Source: Chrysomallon squamiferum (lineage: Eukaryota; Animalia; Mollusca). Taken from it: 64,000 bases of DNA. The notes beneath the pieces were generated by a model that saw only the letters and a list, made by a program, of their open reading frames with translations, was not told the DNA's origin and ran no database searches. The translations under genes were made by a program, and so were the position numbers. How positions within the stretch are numbered: the stretch's first letter is position 1; each line of letters begins with the position of its first letter. Location of the stretch: assembly GCA_012295275.1 (NCBI GenBank), contig CM022674.1:8370001-8434000 (forward strand), in the 5' to 3' direction. Below, piece by piece: positions 11,438 to 26,509 of this stretch.

Positions 11438-14326
11438 CTAGAATGTGATATTTTCTGTTAATACAAAATTCAAACATTTGTTATCACAAGAAATAGTTAT
11501 ACTGAGGGGGTGATGACTATTTTCTCAAAGGAAGCAGTGTGCTTAATTATTTTAAAATTGTAAAGTCCCAGATGTATGGTAGTCATTTAAGTATCAGATA
11601 ATTACTTGTACCTTTTCTAGAAGCAATGAATTCTTATTTTACATTCTGAAACATAATTATTCTGTGACTAGTAATGTATATTTAATGTACTTATTTCATT
11701 AACTGTGATATTTAGTTTGGTAGTCATTTAGTTTGTTACCTTATAGTGTTACGCTTTCCTTTCAGATAACAAAAAAAGAAAAACAGTTAAGAAAAATCAA
11801 AACACTGGAAATATTTCACAGCTAATTTCTTTTAAAATAAAATTTATTAAAATCAAAACATCCTTTCAAAAACCACAAACTAACGCCAAAAAAACAAAAC
11901 AGTAAATACATACAAAAAGTCAAAATTGTAGCCAAAAAATCACCAAACATCAAATTATTTTCTTCATAACATTCCAGATAAATTTTATGAAAAGATTTCT
12001 GACATAATGTGAATTTATATATGTATTTGTTAAGTTTCTGTCAAAATTTTGTTTTTATTCTAGTTTTGTTTGCTACATTTTCTTTATTATTTAACAAATA
12101 TTCAAAATATAGATATAAATTTTTTTTAAATAATTTTAGCATTAATGTCTTAAGATTAATTTACACAGTATGATAATTTTTAGTGTGTAGATTTTATATG
12201 ATGTCACACAATATTTATATAGTACAAATAATAATACAACCATTTCACATTTTTTAACTTATAAGTTTAGCATTTAATTACTTTTTAAATCCCTTAAACA
12301 CACACATATTTATTTTATTTTATTTTATTTTGTTTTTTGTTATGTTGTAGCATATTCATAACATATGTTAAATGTTACAAATCATTATATCATGCAAGAT
12401 ATAAATTATTGAGGAAATGTGGCATATAAGCATCTGGTACCTGTTGATAATAGTAACCATGACAACATTTTAATGACATGTATGAGAACACTGTCCTCAC
12501 CAACCATGAAATGTATTTTTATTTTATAGAAAATATTTTTCAATGAGTCACAATTTTTCACTGTTGTAAAGTTTATCTTTGCCTATGAAGCACCTAGAGA
12601 AAATATTTGACATTATTTGTAAAATAAATATAAGCCATCAATTAAAATGTACAGTAATTTACAGTTTTCTCCCCCACCGAAAATACCCTAAAACGAAATG
12701 GCTTAGGGGATTATAATAATAATAATCAAAATAATCTGAATGTTTTATTTCATTCATATTCAGTTCTCTATTTTTTTTAAACAAAACAAACGTGTCTGTG
12801 TGTGCATTTTTAAGAAGGGAATTGAATACAACATAAAAGAGAGCAAAAACAGTACAAAAATAAATGTATTAAGGAAAAACAACCAAAATAAAAACAGAAA
12901 AAGGTAACCAGCAATAACTACTGGAAATCCAAAATATAGACAGTAATATACAATATGATTCATTTTTCATACAATCCTACCTCTTGCCATTTCTTTTGTA
13001 TTTAGGTCATACTGCTAACATTTCTAAAACTGATTGTGTTTTAAATAATTTTATATTTAAATAGTTTACAAAAAATTAATATAAATAAATCCAATTTGTT
13101 AAAGAAACAACAGTTGCTGTTCAGGATCTGTTTTAATAATACTGAAATGTGTGAGGGAAATACTGCCTATGATGGCTGCTCTCTGGATGTCAAGTATTCA
13201 AGTAAAGTGATATACCATCAACATTCAGTGTTAATTGTTAAACATGTTTAAAAAATAAAAATGTAGATTTTTTGTGCTGTTGCTGTTTGTTATACTTTAC
13301 TGAATTTTATTTCCTTCAGAAAAGATAGTATGAACGGATTAGAAAGTGACCTTGAACAACTGAAGAAATTTTAGTTACTTATTTTGTGCTGATATTTCAA
13401 AAGTACAACAAACAGAAAAATTCACGAAGTTGTGCTGTGAATAATTTAAGTATATTTTGTATGTGTCCACTATAGACAAATTATTTGTAAGTTATAAATT
13501 ATATTCTTTAAACTGCTCTGTTTCAGATATTTTGTACTGAGAGTGACAATGACTCATGTGCATTGTAGTTAATGAGATATTTCTATTAATTAATGATCAG
13601 TTTGTTTATAAAAAATCAGTTTTACACCCCCTCCTTCAGTTAAATCCAGTCATGATTTGCAAAACAATTTTCAGAAACATACTTAAAATCAGCTAAAAAA
13701 ATGTTATTACACTAATATCTATTTAAATGTGAAATGAGAAAAAAAGAATGTAAAAAATAAAGTATTAAGTACCAACAAATTCCAGGTAAATGATATTCCA
13801 ACATTCCATATTCAAATAAATACAGTATTTAAATAAAAATAAATAAAGTATTTGTCATCATAAATAAATTTGATTTAATTTTTATCAAAACATTTATAAT
13901 AAACATGTATAACTGTGCAGGTGTTAACAGATAGTCACCATCATTAATTCTTCTGCAGATAAGTTGTATTCCTGAACATAGTTTCATCACTCACAATGAA
14001 CATATTTAGTTTTCAGCCACGTAAACTCATAGGTCACGTTCATATCATTGTTATGCTTTAGTCACAACATTAACACAGTTTTTCATTACATGATAAATCT
14101 GGGAAAACTAGTAATTATGAAAACAAATCATGCAATATAACATAAAGAGAAAAATGATGTACAGATTTAAATAGGATATTTTTTTGGTAATAAAACTTTT
14201 CTAAATTTATTAATAATTAACACATCATTATGTTTTACAACCATATATATTAATTCCTGGATGTGAAAGAACAATTAATTCTTATTAGCAAGACACATCA
14301 ACAGTATTTTTAGAGTCCACGCCTTT

Positions 14327-15983
14327 TCAATCCAGAAGTGATGTTCTTTCATCTGTAACAAAAAAAAAATGTTTATCAACTTGTAAGAATTCGAAATTGA
14401 GATCTGTAAGGTTTACTATGCAAAATGACAATGAGTACACAGCATGTGTTAAAATCTGATAAAAATGAAGGTATTATTGACTTTTAATATTGAATTATTC
14501 AGTAAATGATTTACTTACCATGAGCAGCTATTGCTGAAGCAAATACATTTCTCTTTTCAACACGTCTTTCCTATAATGAAATAACTAATGATAATGTAAT
14601 TATAGCTAGTAACAGATATTAAAATATGTAAATAAACAGAAAAAAATATAGATATGTAGCTAAAGAGACAGGCTTTTATATATATATATATATACAGGCA
14701 GATTATTAAGTAGGTAGATACTTAGGTATATAGATAATATATTATGCACAGCTAGGTTTAGATATGTAGCTTATATATTACAGAGAAACAGATTTTTATA
14801 TATATAGACAGGCAGATTATCAAATAGGTAGATAATAGATTAGGCACTGAGATATGCAGATAATGTACTATTTTTAGATAGGCAGATCAAATATACACAC
14901 AGAACAGATTCTTAAATATGAGATAAAATATATCAGATTAAGATTTGTAGATTTTGCACACACACGCACACACACACACACACACACTTATAAATAGATA
15001 AATATATTTTTAAAAATCTAATATTTATTACATCATTTCTGAAAAAGAAAGGAATATAATCTTTAATAAGCTATGTGTGAAAGAATAAAAGTGTTTGGAT
15101 TTTGACTTACAAATTTTAACTGATTCCTCAAGTTTTTCACCAGTACTTCATATGATCTATATTTAGTCATGTAGTACAGTATGATGAGTCTTAGAAAGAA
15201 GAAAAACCATTTTAAAAATCATAATTAAATATGTTAGCCATACCATCTTTACAGCAAGAATCATCCAGGTATATACAATTTTTTTTTAGCTGAAAATATT
15301 CACATCAGTTGAATGTATTTTATTAGTGACAAGCTGGTACTGACCATCTCAACACAGCAACTATCTTGTGCTAAAAAAAAACTTAAAAAGCCAAATGCTA
15401 ATTTGGATTTTGTTTTCATGACAGTAAATTTACACCAATTTTATTTATTGTTCATCTTCAATATCAAAAGATTTACAATTAGATGTTCTTAATTATTATC
15501 ACTTTGTTATTTAATTTTATTTAAATGTTTTTTGTTTTTATATTTTCATTGTGTGTGTGTGTGTGTGTGTGGTATATATGCATGTATATACAAACAAGAA
15601 CATTTATTTTTATAACTACTAAATATTTCCTTTTGCTAGAAATATTTTTAATTTTCCAATAAAAAATAACTTTAAATATTTATCGATGCATGACATGAAA
15701 GTGAATACCACTAAATTCCAAAACAAATATTTCATATAAACCACTAAAAAAAAATTCATATAACCTCATTTGTGCAAGATATTACAAAAATCTACTGTCC
15801 AACACCATTTTTTTTCTACTGTAAACAAAATAATCTGATTTGGCAGAAGGGATCATCAACAAAACCTGTCACTTTTTAAATTATCAGTCATTTTATTGTT
15901 TTTTCCACAATCCAGAAATGCAGAAATAATTTATTTTTCTTAAATATACCTAATTAATTTACTTACGTATTTTAAATGTTGCG

Positions 15984-16023
<40 letters not shown>

Positions 16024-16545
16024 TTAAAATAAATAAATAATTAAATTTGTTTATTTTTTTTTTTTTTTATATAAATTATTATTTCACACACACACTTACA
16101 GTAAAAGTATTATAATTGGTATCGTAATTCCTGGAGTGCTGCTATAGTTTAGTGAATTTTTCAACCAATCAGGAAAGTCGCCAATGCGAGACGTAATCAC
16201 GTAGTAAACACGCGACAACCCTCTGAAAGGTCCACAGTCACGCGAAGGCTGTAATCTACAATAATAATAATAATAATATAGAAATCAACATTAATTGAAT
16301 TTAGTCTTGATGAAAGGAGGAACAACAAAATGTAGAATTTTTAACATTTTGTTTATCTAAAATTTATTTATTTATGTATTTACGTTATCACCGTAACTAG
16401 ACTCTTGTTGAAATGAGGCCAAAACTGATGCCGGTAGACTCCAAACGGTAACCGTAGACATAAACGAATTTACTATTGGATATCGTTTCTGTGGAATAGA
16501 GATTTATATTTTATATTTTTTAAATAAAATCTTTGTATCCAAAAA

Positions 16546-16602
<57 letters not shown>

Positions 16603-17341
16603 AAGTCGACATTTTTGATATGAGCAATTTGCTTCATTTGCCTCAATATAGTTATGGCTATGCACGTGTTTTTTTGTTGTTTTTTTGGTATTTTGGGTGG
16701 GGGGGTTGTGTTTTTTTCCATGGATCTATAAATGTAATTTATGTTTTCTAATAATAACGTGTAACAAATAATAATCCCATTAAGGCGAATAATGCTGTCA
16801 TTTTTCATTTGATTGTGCGGTCATTACGAATCCAGAAGTGGATGGATGGAGAACTCTTTTTACGTGCCCACGTCCAATTCAAGGTTCGGGCACGCCTATC
16901 ACGGATCCGATCTCTGGGATCGCCAGGGATGGGTTCCGGGACAGGAGATAATCCAGAAGTGTAAATCACAACTCGGTTTACCGGTATTTATTAAATTTTA
17001 TTCATTACTTATTACATAATAAATCTGAAATAGTCGTCTTCTTTATTAAAACGCAACTTACTTTACTACTGCGTATGCCATGGGAAATATGCAGACGAAC
17101 AAGTTGACAAGTAAAATGAATATGTAGAAATTCCCGGATCTCGAAGCTCGGAACACTTTGGCTGGTGGAACGTTACATGTTCTGGCTATGATGTAACGAA
17201 AGTAGAATAAAATGAACAGATTCACAACTCCGACCAACGCGAGAAATGGCGAAAAGTAGAGACCCAACCAAATGAGAGACTGGTCGTAAATAAGGTCAAG
17301 GACTGCAGAAGGCACATCAAATTCTCGATACGAAACCTGTA

Positions 17342-17384
<43 letters not shown>

Positions 17385-17571
17385 TCTTTTCTTTTTTATG
17401 ACAGTAATAAAACCCACAATAAATAAATAAATAAATATAAATTGTATTTGCTTCTTATTTGTTTACATTGAACTGAAGTCTAAACAGATATGTTGAATTT
17501 TCACCTAGAAATAATAATTCAGTTTTATCATGCTTACAAGGAAATCAGTTCAGTATATTGTTAATTAATTA

Positions 17572-17619
<48 letters not shown>

Positions 17620-18995
17620 ATTCCTTTGAAAACAATATACAACTTACTCTAACGCAGACCTTGGTTTTCACCAGAATAGCACTAGCCACATCAAAAACCA
17701 GACCTACTGTCAGGGTAAGTCCTAAGTCTGTTAACAAAACTTTAAATATTTCTTCTCCTATCTCGTTTTCCCAGCAGCAAAACTGAGATCCATTCCTCTT
17801 TGATAATAATAAAGTTAACATTAATAATGACAACGAAGATGATGATGGTGATGACAATACTATTAATAAGTAATTGTTTAATATAGAGAAAATAAATTAA
17901 AAGTTGACGGAAGACATTTGATTAGAGAAATCAACAAATATTATTTTGAAAATGGAGCAAAGTAATATTTTTAATGATATAAACTCTCACACACATACGT
18001 GACAAATGTGACAAACAGTATGCAACCTTCCCAATAACAGCAATAATACATTTAATATATATTTATTTATTTATTTACTGATTTTTAAAATAAATATTTA
18101 CAGATAATATGAATACAGAGTCTGAACAAAATATTTACTTAATACCTAACTGATCTATTATTCATGAGTTAGAATTATTCCTCATAATGACACAGTAATG
18201 TCATTATGTCTACCTTATCAGCCATATACAATTATTCAAACATTTAGACAGACAACAAAGTAAATATCTACATAAAATATAAAGTGCTGACATTTGGTGG
18301 CTGAAGAAGACGTGCCAAAAAGGTTCAAGTCCGTTATTTGCTTGTTGATATTTGTATTAAAAATATAATATACTGAAATAAAGTTAAGCTATTGGTTTCA
18401 CAATATATATAAAAATATCTTTTAATGTTACAAGAAAAAAAAAATGAAATACAAACTAAAATGTTAATAATAAAATTAAATTAAATTAAATTAAATAAAT
18501 AAGTAGAAGTAAAAATAAAATTTAATTGTTATTTTTTATTAATACCTGGCTAATTGTTATATTTACTGTAAGGTCAATGCACTCTGTAGTGACGTCATAT
18601 AGAGACGTAATCAACACAACGAGGCTGGCTATGTAGAAAAGGGCAGTCCTAGATTAAAATCATTGGTAATAGTTAATATATTCTAAATTGAAATACTGAG
18701 AGAGAGAGAGAGTTCTAATAAAAAAAAATATATTTTTTATGATATCCAGTAAGACCTATGCCGCTTAAATACCAGTATAGGACCGATTCCTGAAGCAGCT
18801 AAAGGTGAATTAGTTTCCTTGACATATCTGTACTGGCTGTAGATTGGTTTCCATTTTGGGCTTTTCTTTTTGGTATGTGTGTGTGTGTTTTGTTTTTAGT
18901 TTAAGTAAGTCAGTGAGGTTACTGAACTAATCAGTGTGCATAATAAATCCTGTCAGTATGCCAAAAATAGTCGGCCAAAGATAAATTCATTAAAT

Positions 18996-19065
<70 letters not shown>

Positions 19066-19463
19066 AATGTTGATTAATATTTAAGAATTAGTATTAATTT
19101 ATTTACTTATTTATTTATTTATGTATTTCATCTTGAAGTTATGTTCATTAGATTATTACCTTATTCTTTAATTTTCCCTAATGAGCCTCGACAACAGTTA
19201 ATTTACAACTTAACTTATTTCTACTAGATTAAGTGTTGTTTAATCATTCATTACTTTTTGATACCTGTGTCAGAGATCAATTTAAAGATACCTGCTGATA
19301 GCAATCTTTATTTTAGTACGGGGATGCCAACATTCAGCTCTAATCAACAAATCGAAAATCTTGGGCACCACCACTTTCAGACTTGACACCAGTAACGGAA
19401 GCTAAAAATGTAAAGATGAGGATGGTGATGACGATCATGATGATGACGATGATGATGATGATG

Positions 19464-19520
<57 letters not shown>

Positions 19521-20030
19521 ACCACCATCACCATCATAATTAACATCATCATCATCATCATTATTGTTGTTGTTGTTATTGTTATTATCGTGGTTCTTGT
19601 TGTGGTTGTATTAAAAGTTGTAATATAAATAGAAAAGTATAGTAGCAGTAGTGGAAGTAGTAGTAGCAGCAGCAGCACTAGAAGTATGGTTGAAGCTAAT
19701 TAATTTTAACAGAAAAAGAAAAAAGTATAAAAACACATATTGGTGAGATTTTCAGTTTCATTTTATTATGAAGTACTGACAGCGAAGACGAATTAATGAT
19801 TCTAAATAACCTCATATTTTGAAAGTAGGTCATCCAGGAATTCAGGTACTTCCACTGGTATTGAAGTAATGTTTGTTACCAAGTAGATAAGATAGCCACT
19901 TCCGCCGTAGAGAGCAAGAACAATAACATTTACCACCAGTCGAATTATAAATAAGATTAGTCTGCAACAGTAAAATATATATATATAATTAAATGTCTAT
20001 AACCTAAGATAGCCATCAGTTTATCAAATC

Positions 20031-20107
<77 letters not shown>

Positions 20108-22073
20108 AAATAAAAATAATAATAGCAGCACTTTTTTCAGATGGGATATTATTAAACTATTAAAAATTAGATGTCAAAAATAATAAACAGTAATATTAGC
20201 AATCAGTAAATATGTGTGTATATTAATAACTGTTTTTCTGTTCTGAAATTTTGTAGGAATTTATTATTGTTAATGAAAAAATATTTGAAAAAAAAACTAA
20301 CAGCAGACAAAAACCTCTTTTCTTGTGACTACGTTCCTCGCGAACCATTTCCTACAACAGCAAAACAACAGCAGCAAAACAACAACAACAACAACAACAA
20401 CAACAATAATAATAATAATAATAATAACTTAGAAAATAATAATAAACAAATATTAATTATTCATTTATTTGGTAATGTAGTAATAGTTGTTAAATAGATT
20501 AACTGAGAGAGACTAGTATATTACTCTGATGCTCGTCTTAAGCGCACTTCGTCTGTCTCTGACGCCGTCTCTGCTGGTGATGTTGTAATCCCACGACGAC
20601 AAGACTCGCCAGGCGTACAAATCATTATCTGAACTGTCGTGTTTAGAACGTCGATACTGAATCAGCATACTGTTAATACCAACAATGGCAATAACAATAA
20701 TATAATAACAACAACAATAATATAATAAGATAATGTATGATGTTGATAAGAAAGTTTTTTCACGTTTTACTTGAAAGGTAAATTCTTGTAAGACTAAAAT
20801 ACAGTTTTAATTTAAACAGGAAATATTTGTAGCATTTCTGACATAATCTGATGTGATTTTTTAATGAATTAAGAAGAAAAAAGAAATGAGGGGTTACATC
20901 TGTCAGGGATTTTGGACCCGGTTTTCTTTTTTATTTATTTATTTTTATTTTTATTTATTTATTTAAAAAAATAGAAAAAAAGAAAAAAGTTTTTTTCGTT
21001 TTTTTTTGTTGTTTTTTTTGGTCACTAGGGAGATTTTGTAGGAAAGGCAATATCTAATATGATACCTTGTGACTATAACAGCCAGAGATAGAAAGATAAC
21101 TACCAACCAAGTGAGAAAGTACGCCAGAGGTCGCTCATACTGACACCAAGTGTTATTGCTGTAAGCACCATAAAACATAATACTTGTTGATAGTTCACCC
21201 TGTGAATGAATACAAACATTCAAATAATAAACATTGTATAAGTACATAAAGTAAGTAATAATACTATTTCATCTTGAAATAAATACTTTTTGATAGTTCA
21301 CCCTGTGCCATACAAGCATTTAGTTAAAACATAAAAACAGTTATAGTACGCTCTGTAGTATATACATAGTTTAAATAAATAAAAGAGTTATTATAAAGAA
21401 AAACAATTCGGATATTTTAACTGTTTATTATAAATAGATTTTTAATGTCACACTGGTTAAGCAAGTATCGTAAGATTGTTATTTATCTGGATCGAATCGA
21501 GGTTACTGTTTTTGAGGATGTGTCATATCTGAGAGTGTGCATTGATCACCACTATAAGTGAATATGATAGAACTAATTAAATATTTATATAACTAATTCT
21601 CTACTTACAAAAAATCCAGCTACATGTTCGGGTAAACTATTATCATCGGGCAAAATCTGTCAGTAAAATAAAATAAAATTTAATTTAATAAATTCACAAA
21701 AATAAATAAATAAATAAAATTATAACAATTAAAAATATAAAAATATGTAAAACATCATGTAATATTAATTTTGTTAAAGTGTACTTATGGCAGTATGAAT
21801 GAATAATCTTTAAATAAAATCGTTTTATTCCAACTTATTATTTTATTCTTCTTTTTGTTGTTCCATAAGAGTTAATAAAATAAAATAATACTGTTACAAA
21901 ATATTTGAACACCTCCATTTTACTTCTTCACTCCTGGAGTACACAACGTTCTGATAGCTTTATTTTCAGTGATGGCATAAGACATTTTAGAGAAAATCGT
22001 ATCCCAGTATTCTATTACGTCATGACCATTTAAGGAAAAAATGGCCAGTTAAAATAAATTTTGTTTTTAAGTT

Positions 22074-22107
<34 letters not shown>

Positions 22108-24298
22108 TTGTATTAGAGTTCTTACACTTCATTATTTCTTAAAACTGGGTGACAAAAATGAAATAAAACAAAGTTTGTTAATATTATTTGTATAACTTTA
22201 AATAAATAATGTAATTAACAACAGTCGTTATAAAACCTGCGGTAAGCAGACAAATGAGAAGACGAGAACAGAAATGAACATATTGATGTAGATAAGAAGC
22301 CGAAGAAACTTAAAGTAAGAAGCGACGTTACTTCCATGATACGCTGAAATGAAGTGTAAGAAGGTACAATTAACATCTCTATATCCACACACAAACACAC
22401 ACACACACACACACTTACACTCAGAGAGAAAGAAAGAGAGGGGCATGCAGATACCCAAATAAATAAATACAAGTATGTAGACATACAGACAGGCAGATTA
22501 AATTATACAGTTTTATATAAATATACCTGTATCTTGAGTGCGTTCATTGTCAAATACAGAATGTTTTTATTTACAACAATGAACATTACTTGTATCATAT
22601 TTCTGTTTATTTACTTAGTTAATTAATTAACTATTATAATTTTAAAGTAAGTACATGTTGTAGAAAGTATATATGTACCTCAGGAGAGTTTATTTTGCTC
22701 ACCAGATATATGTTTGATGTGTATATCCCACCACTCAATGGATATATTTAATTTGCTTCGCTGTATCTGAAAAAGTCAATATTGATAAAATCACTGAAAA
22801 CAAGACACTGAAATCACATATATGAAATATACAAAATCACTGAAGAAAATGTTTTTAAAGCAACAATGTCCTGACCTTTCAGATAAATTTTTTGTCGCCT
22901 TTCAACTTCTAATGCTAATTGATCAAAAATAATTCATAAACATAAATATCAAACTTACCTTGCGTTTTGGAATTCGATGGGCTGCAGAGAATAATGAAGG
23001 ATCCGAATTCTCTCTCAAATATCTTCAAATAAAAATACAATACAAAGAAAATATTAACATAAACTCTTTAATATTTTATTCCTTTTCCTGATGTGTGTGC
23101 TTTTTTTTTTTGTGCACTGTTGTTTTTTCTTGATTGTGTATGTGTTGTGTAATTTTCAGTATTACTCTGTGCATGTGTATGCTATTACAATGATACTTAT
23201 ACAAAACTATATGTAATCTATCACTCTCAAAATGAGACGAAATACATTAGCATGAAAGAATAGGTATCCATTTAAAAGATTCTACAAAATTAGTAAAAAA
23301 TATTTTCTGTGAAATAATATATTACTTTAACTGCACATACTTGGACAGTTTAAGTTTTTCTCGAATTGGTATTGCCTGCTCTCGTAGTTTGTCCAAAACC
23401 TTTGATTGCAGATACCTTCTGTCAAACCCTTTTATGTTATCAATGCTCTGAGACCAGTCAAACCTAGAAATTATTATTTAACACATTATTATTCACATTT
23501 ACTTTTTTTATTAAAAAGAATAAATTAAAAAGTTTTTTAAAATTTATTTTATAGTTATGGAGAAGATGATAACATATTCAAGTTGATAACATTTATACTG
23601 GTAATAATATATAAAAATATATAATCATGATGATGTTGATATTAATAACAAAGACAACAGCAGTGATGACAACAGTAAATACCGTTTATTGATTTGTGCG
23701 TATTTCATCTGAAATAAAATCTCATCTGGAGCCAGCTGAGTTGACTTATTTTCTGATGTTTGATCTATAAAACAATACATTTTTTAAATTTGAATAAACA
23801 ACTAGTGTTCAAACTGAAAAACAAAACAACAACAAATAAAAGAAAGAAAAAGAACGAAAACAAAACAAAAACAAAGAAAAACAGGAATAGAGAAAGAAAC
23901 AAAAATGATAAAAATAAATATCAGTCATATTCTTTTTATCACATCATCATCCTTACTATTATTATTAGTAGTAGTAGTAGCAGTAGCAGTAGTAGTAGTA
24001 GTAGTAGTAGTAGTAGCAGTAGTAATAGCAGGAGTATTATTGATGCTGTTTATTGTATTTATACAATTTAGTAATCATAGGGATGTTGATAAGTGGTTAG
24101 AACAATAATTGGGTTTCTTATGATGAATAAATCTTAACAGTTGATTGTTTTATTAAAGGTGTCGTTTGATATGCGAAGATTCATGTAAATGTATTATTCA
24201 TGTAACCAATTAGAGTAAATCATGGCAAGGTGACTGTGTGCAAACATAATTTATAGAATCCTTAAGTGTTAATAATAAAATATGTTGACATTATAACT

Positions 24299-24352
<54 letters not shown>

Positions 24353-24664
24353 TCAAAGTATTTAAATCCAGTTATCACTTTATGTTATTATTATAATCAT
24401 TCAAAGCATTTAATTCCAATTATCATTTTATAGTTTTACTGTTTTTGTTTTTTCTTCTTATCTTTAATTACTATTAATTTCATTTCCTTAGAATTCAAGA
24501 TTTGAGAAGAAACCTGTTACTTCATCTGTAATAAGTTGACACAAACTACTGCTGTCTTCTTGGTTGTCTGGGTCTATATGAGTCACGCGATCTGCATTTC
24601 CAAAAGTACCGTAATCGTGTGATTGAGAAAACTGACCAGAGAGCGATAATGATTCAGAATTCAT
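14327..24664 (-). CDS. Transmembrane channel-like (TMC) protein, 19 coding exons, ~689 aa: 24664-24514, 23764-23683, 23463-23341, 23022-22959, 22766-22703, 22343-22237, 21656-21609, 21199-21066, 20669-20525, 20351-20302, 19961-19811, 19401-19292, 18648-18546, 17797-17648, 17336-17062, 16255-16100, 15189-15111, 14570-14519, 14352-14327
   Basis: Family motifs GSNVASYFKFLR, FYGAYSN, SWDY, CWENEIGEE (TMC signature), EFDVPSAVLDLIYDQSLIWLGLYFSP, FRASRS and PSRDCGPF. Exon lengths sum to 2070 nt with an open frame. Paralog identity not assignable. Confidence 0.9.
16829..16961 (-). mobile_element. Short retroposed insertion (5'-truncated SINE/LINE tail) with 12-bp TSD in a TMC intron
   Basis: AATCCAGAAGTG at 16829-16840 and 16950-16961 flanks a 109-bp GC-rich insert. 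On the minus strand the insert ends in a CGTGCCC/GGGCACG stem-loop followed by a (CCAT)n-like tail. Confidence 0.7.
18999..19061. repeat. (AG)n microsatellite
   Basis: Seen directly. Confidence 0.95.
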
Positions 24665-24730
24665 CTCAAATCAAACTAATGTAAACAAAGAAACAAATTA
24701 AGAAATAGAAGACAAATGTGTGTGTGTCTG

Positions 24731-24790
24731 TGTGTGTATGCTTGTTAGTGAATGTGGATAGGTAGTTGAGGAGATAGAGAAAGAAAGAAG

Positions 24791-24821
<31 letters not shown>

Positions 24822-24863
24822 TTGTTAGTGAATGTGGATAGGTAGTTGAGGAGATAGAGAAAG
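24731..24863. repeat. Tandem duplication with 80-bp period, embedded in (TG)n
   Basis: tgtgtgtatgcttgttagtgaatgtggataggtagttgaggagatagagaaag occurs at 24731 and 24811. Confidence 0.9.
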
Positions 24864-26509
24864 AGAGAAGTGTGTGTGTTTGTGTGTGTGTGTGTGTGTG
24901 TGTTGTGTGTGTTTTAGTATTACTTTGTCATCCCTTCACGTTTTCTATTCAGGGGACAAGAAAGATAATACTATACCTGTTTTACACTGTAACATTCATT
25001 TTCAAACTGTTACTAACAGCAGATTGATACTTTGTAAATAAATTAACTGTCTCGTGACAGTACTCATGTTAATAATCTGTGTATCACATGATATTAGATA
25101 AACAATATGTTATTGTCTTTCACTATCATCTTTCTATGTCTATATCCATCTGTCTACTATCTATCTGTATGAGAAAGAGAGAGAGAGAGAGATAGCAAAA
25201 TAAAAATTACTTGTGTTTTTGTTTCATAAATCAACTTCACTTTGAATGTTTATACATGGGTAAGTAATTCGACAGTCACAGACATTACATTCAGAGGGTG
25301 TTGTACCATTTGGTCAAATTCCCAGTTGGTCTAAAAATAAGTGCTTCTCTGTTAATTAAATACTACCTGATTACCTATCTAGTTAACTGACTAAATTAAT
25401 GCTAACATTTTGTGCACAATATCCTCGTTTTATAATAATTGTTATTTTACCTTTGTTTCAAGCAGTATTAGTGCTCTTCTTAACCTCTCTTCAGTGTAGA
25501 TTGTTTTATAGTCTCAGACTGAAACACATGTAAATTACTGTTCATGCCTCATATGTAACAGTTTGCTGCCAGTTACCGTTTGCTCAAGCATGTTGTTACG
25601 GAGACCTTATTTGATTATTTAAAGGTAACTAATCTGGAACAATTCATTATAATGATTGAGATAACAACATATGCATTAGTAAGATTATCAACCATATATG
25701 TTCTTGTGTTAAAATTTAGAGGTTCAGTCAAATATGATTAAGCCATTCAGAGAGGTGTGAGTTCACTACAACACACCCAGTTGCTACACTGGCCTGGCAA
25801 TTTGTCCCTGTTCAAGAGACTTGCTAATGTGCAAATCTATTTGATGTCACAGCAAAAAGAGCCCAGGTATGTCTATGACTTAATGGGTAATGAAAAATAA
25901 GTCCAAAGCAGACATTACATCAAGATACCTTGACAAAAAAAAAAAAAAAAAAACTTTATTTCAAAATTATCTGAAATCTTTAACTTGTAAAAATAGATAT
26001 TTGCACTTTGAGTGAAGATGACATTACATTAGAAAAGTACCAGTTATAAATTAGCATGGAAACAAGTAAAAGGAAAATACACAATTGTGAGTGATGGTAT
26101 TATTGTGACAGATGGTCAACATATATGATGATAAAAGCATTTTAATGCATGGTCAAGATTTTATTCTAATTTAATGGTTTTAACAAAAAAAAAATAACTA
26201 AAGAAACCATGGATTTATCATTGTTCCTTTACTTTGATGCAACAACCTACAATTATTCTAAGTTCAAAAAACAAAAACCCCTATCCAAATCATCACTAGC
26301 AGTGTCACATCATGGTACATTTTCAGACAACATGGAAACTTCATACAAGTAATAAAAATAACTTGGTTTCATGTGGTACTGGTTTATTCAAAATTAATAC
26401 ACCATCTTCTATCATATATAGGACTTGTATAAAATCTCAGGTTAATCTAATCAAGGAAACTTGCTTCCTGGGGATATGTTTCATTAATTATGGTGGTTAA
26501 CAACAGTGT

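Noticed and set aside
19340-19678. Hydrophobic poly-I/M/L ORFs on both strands (similar cases near 16473, 17573, 20216, 23760, 52368)
   Set aside because: These are translations of microsatellites. The real TMC exon here (19401-19292) uses a different frame.
22959-22981. 23-nt TMC microexon using the ctgcag acceptor
   Set aside because: It breaks the frame. The 64-nt exon 23022-22959 keeps phase.
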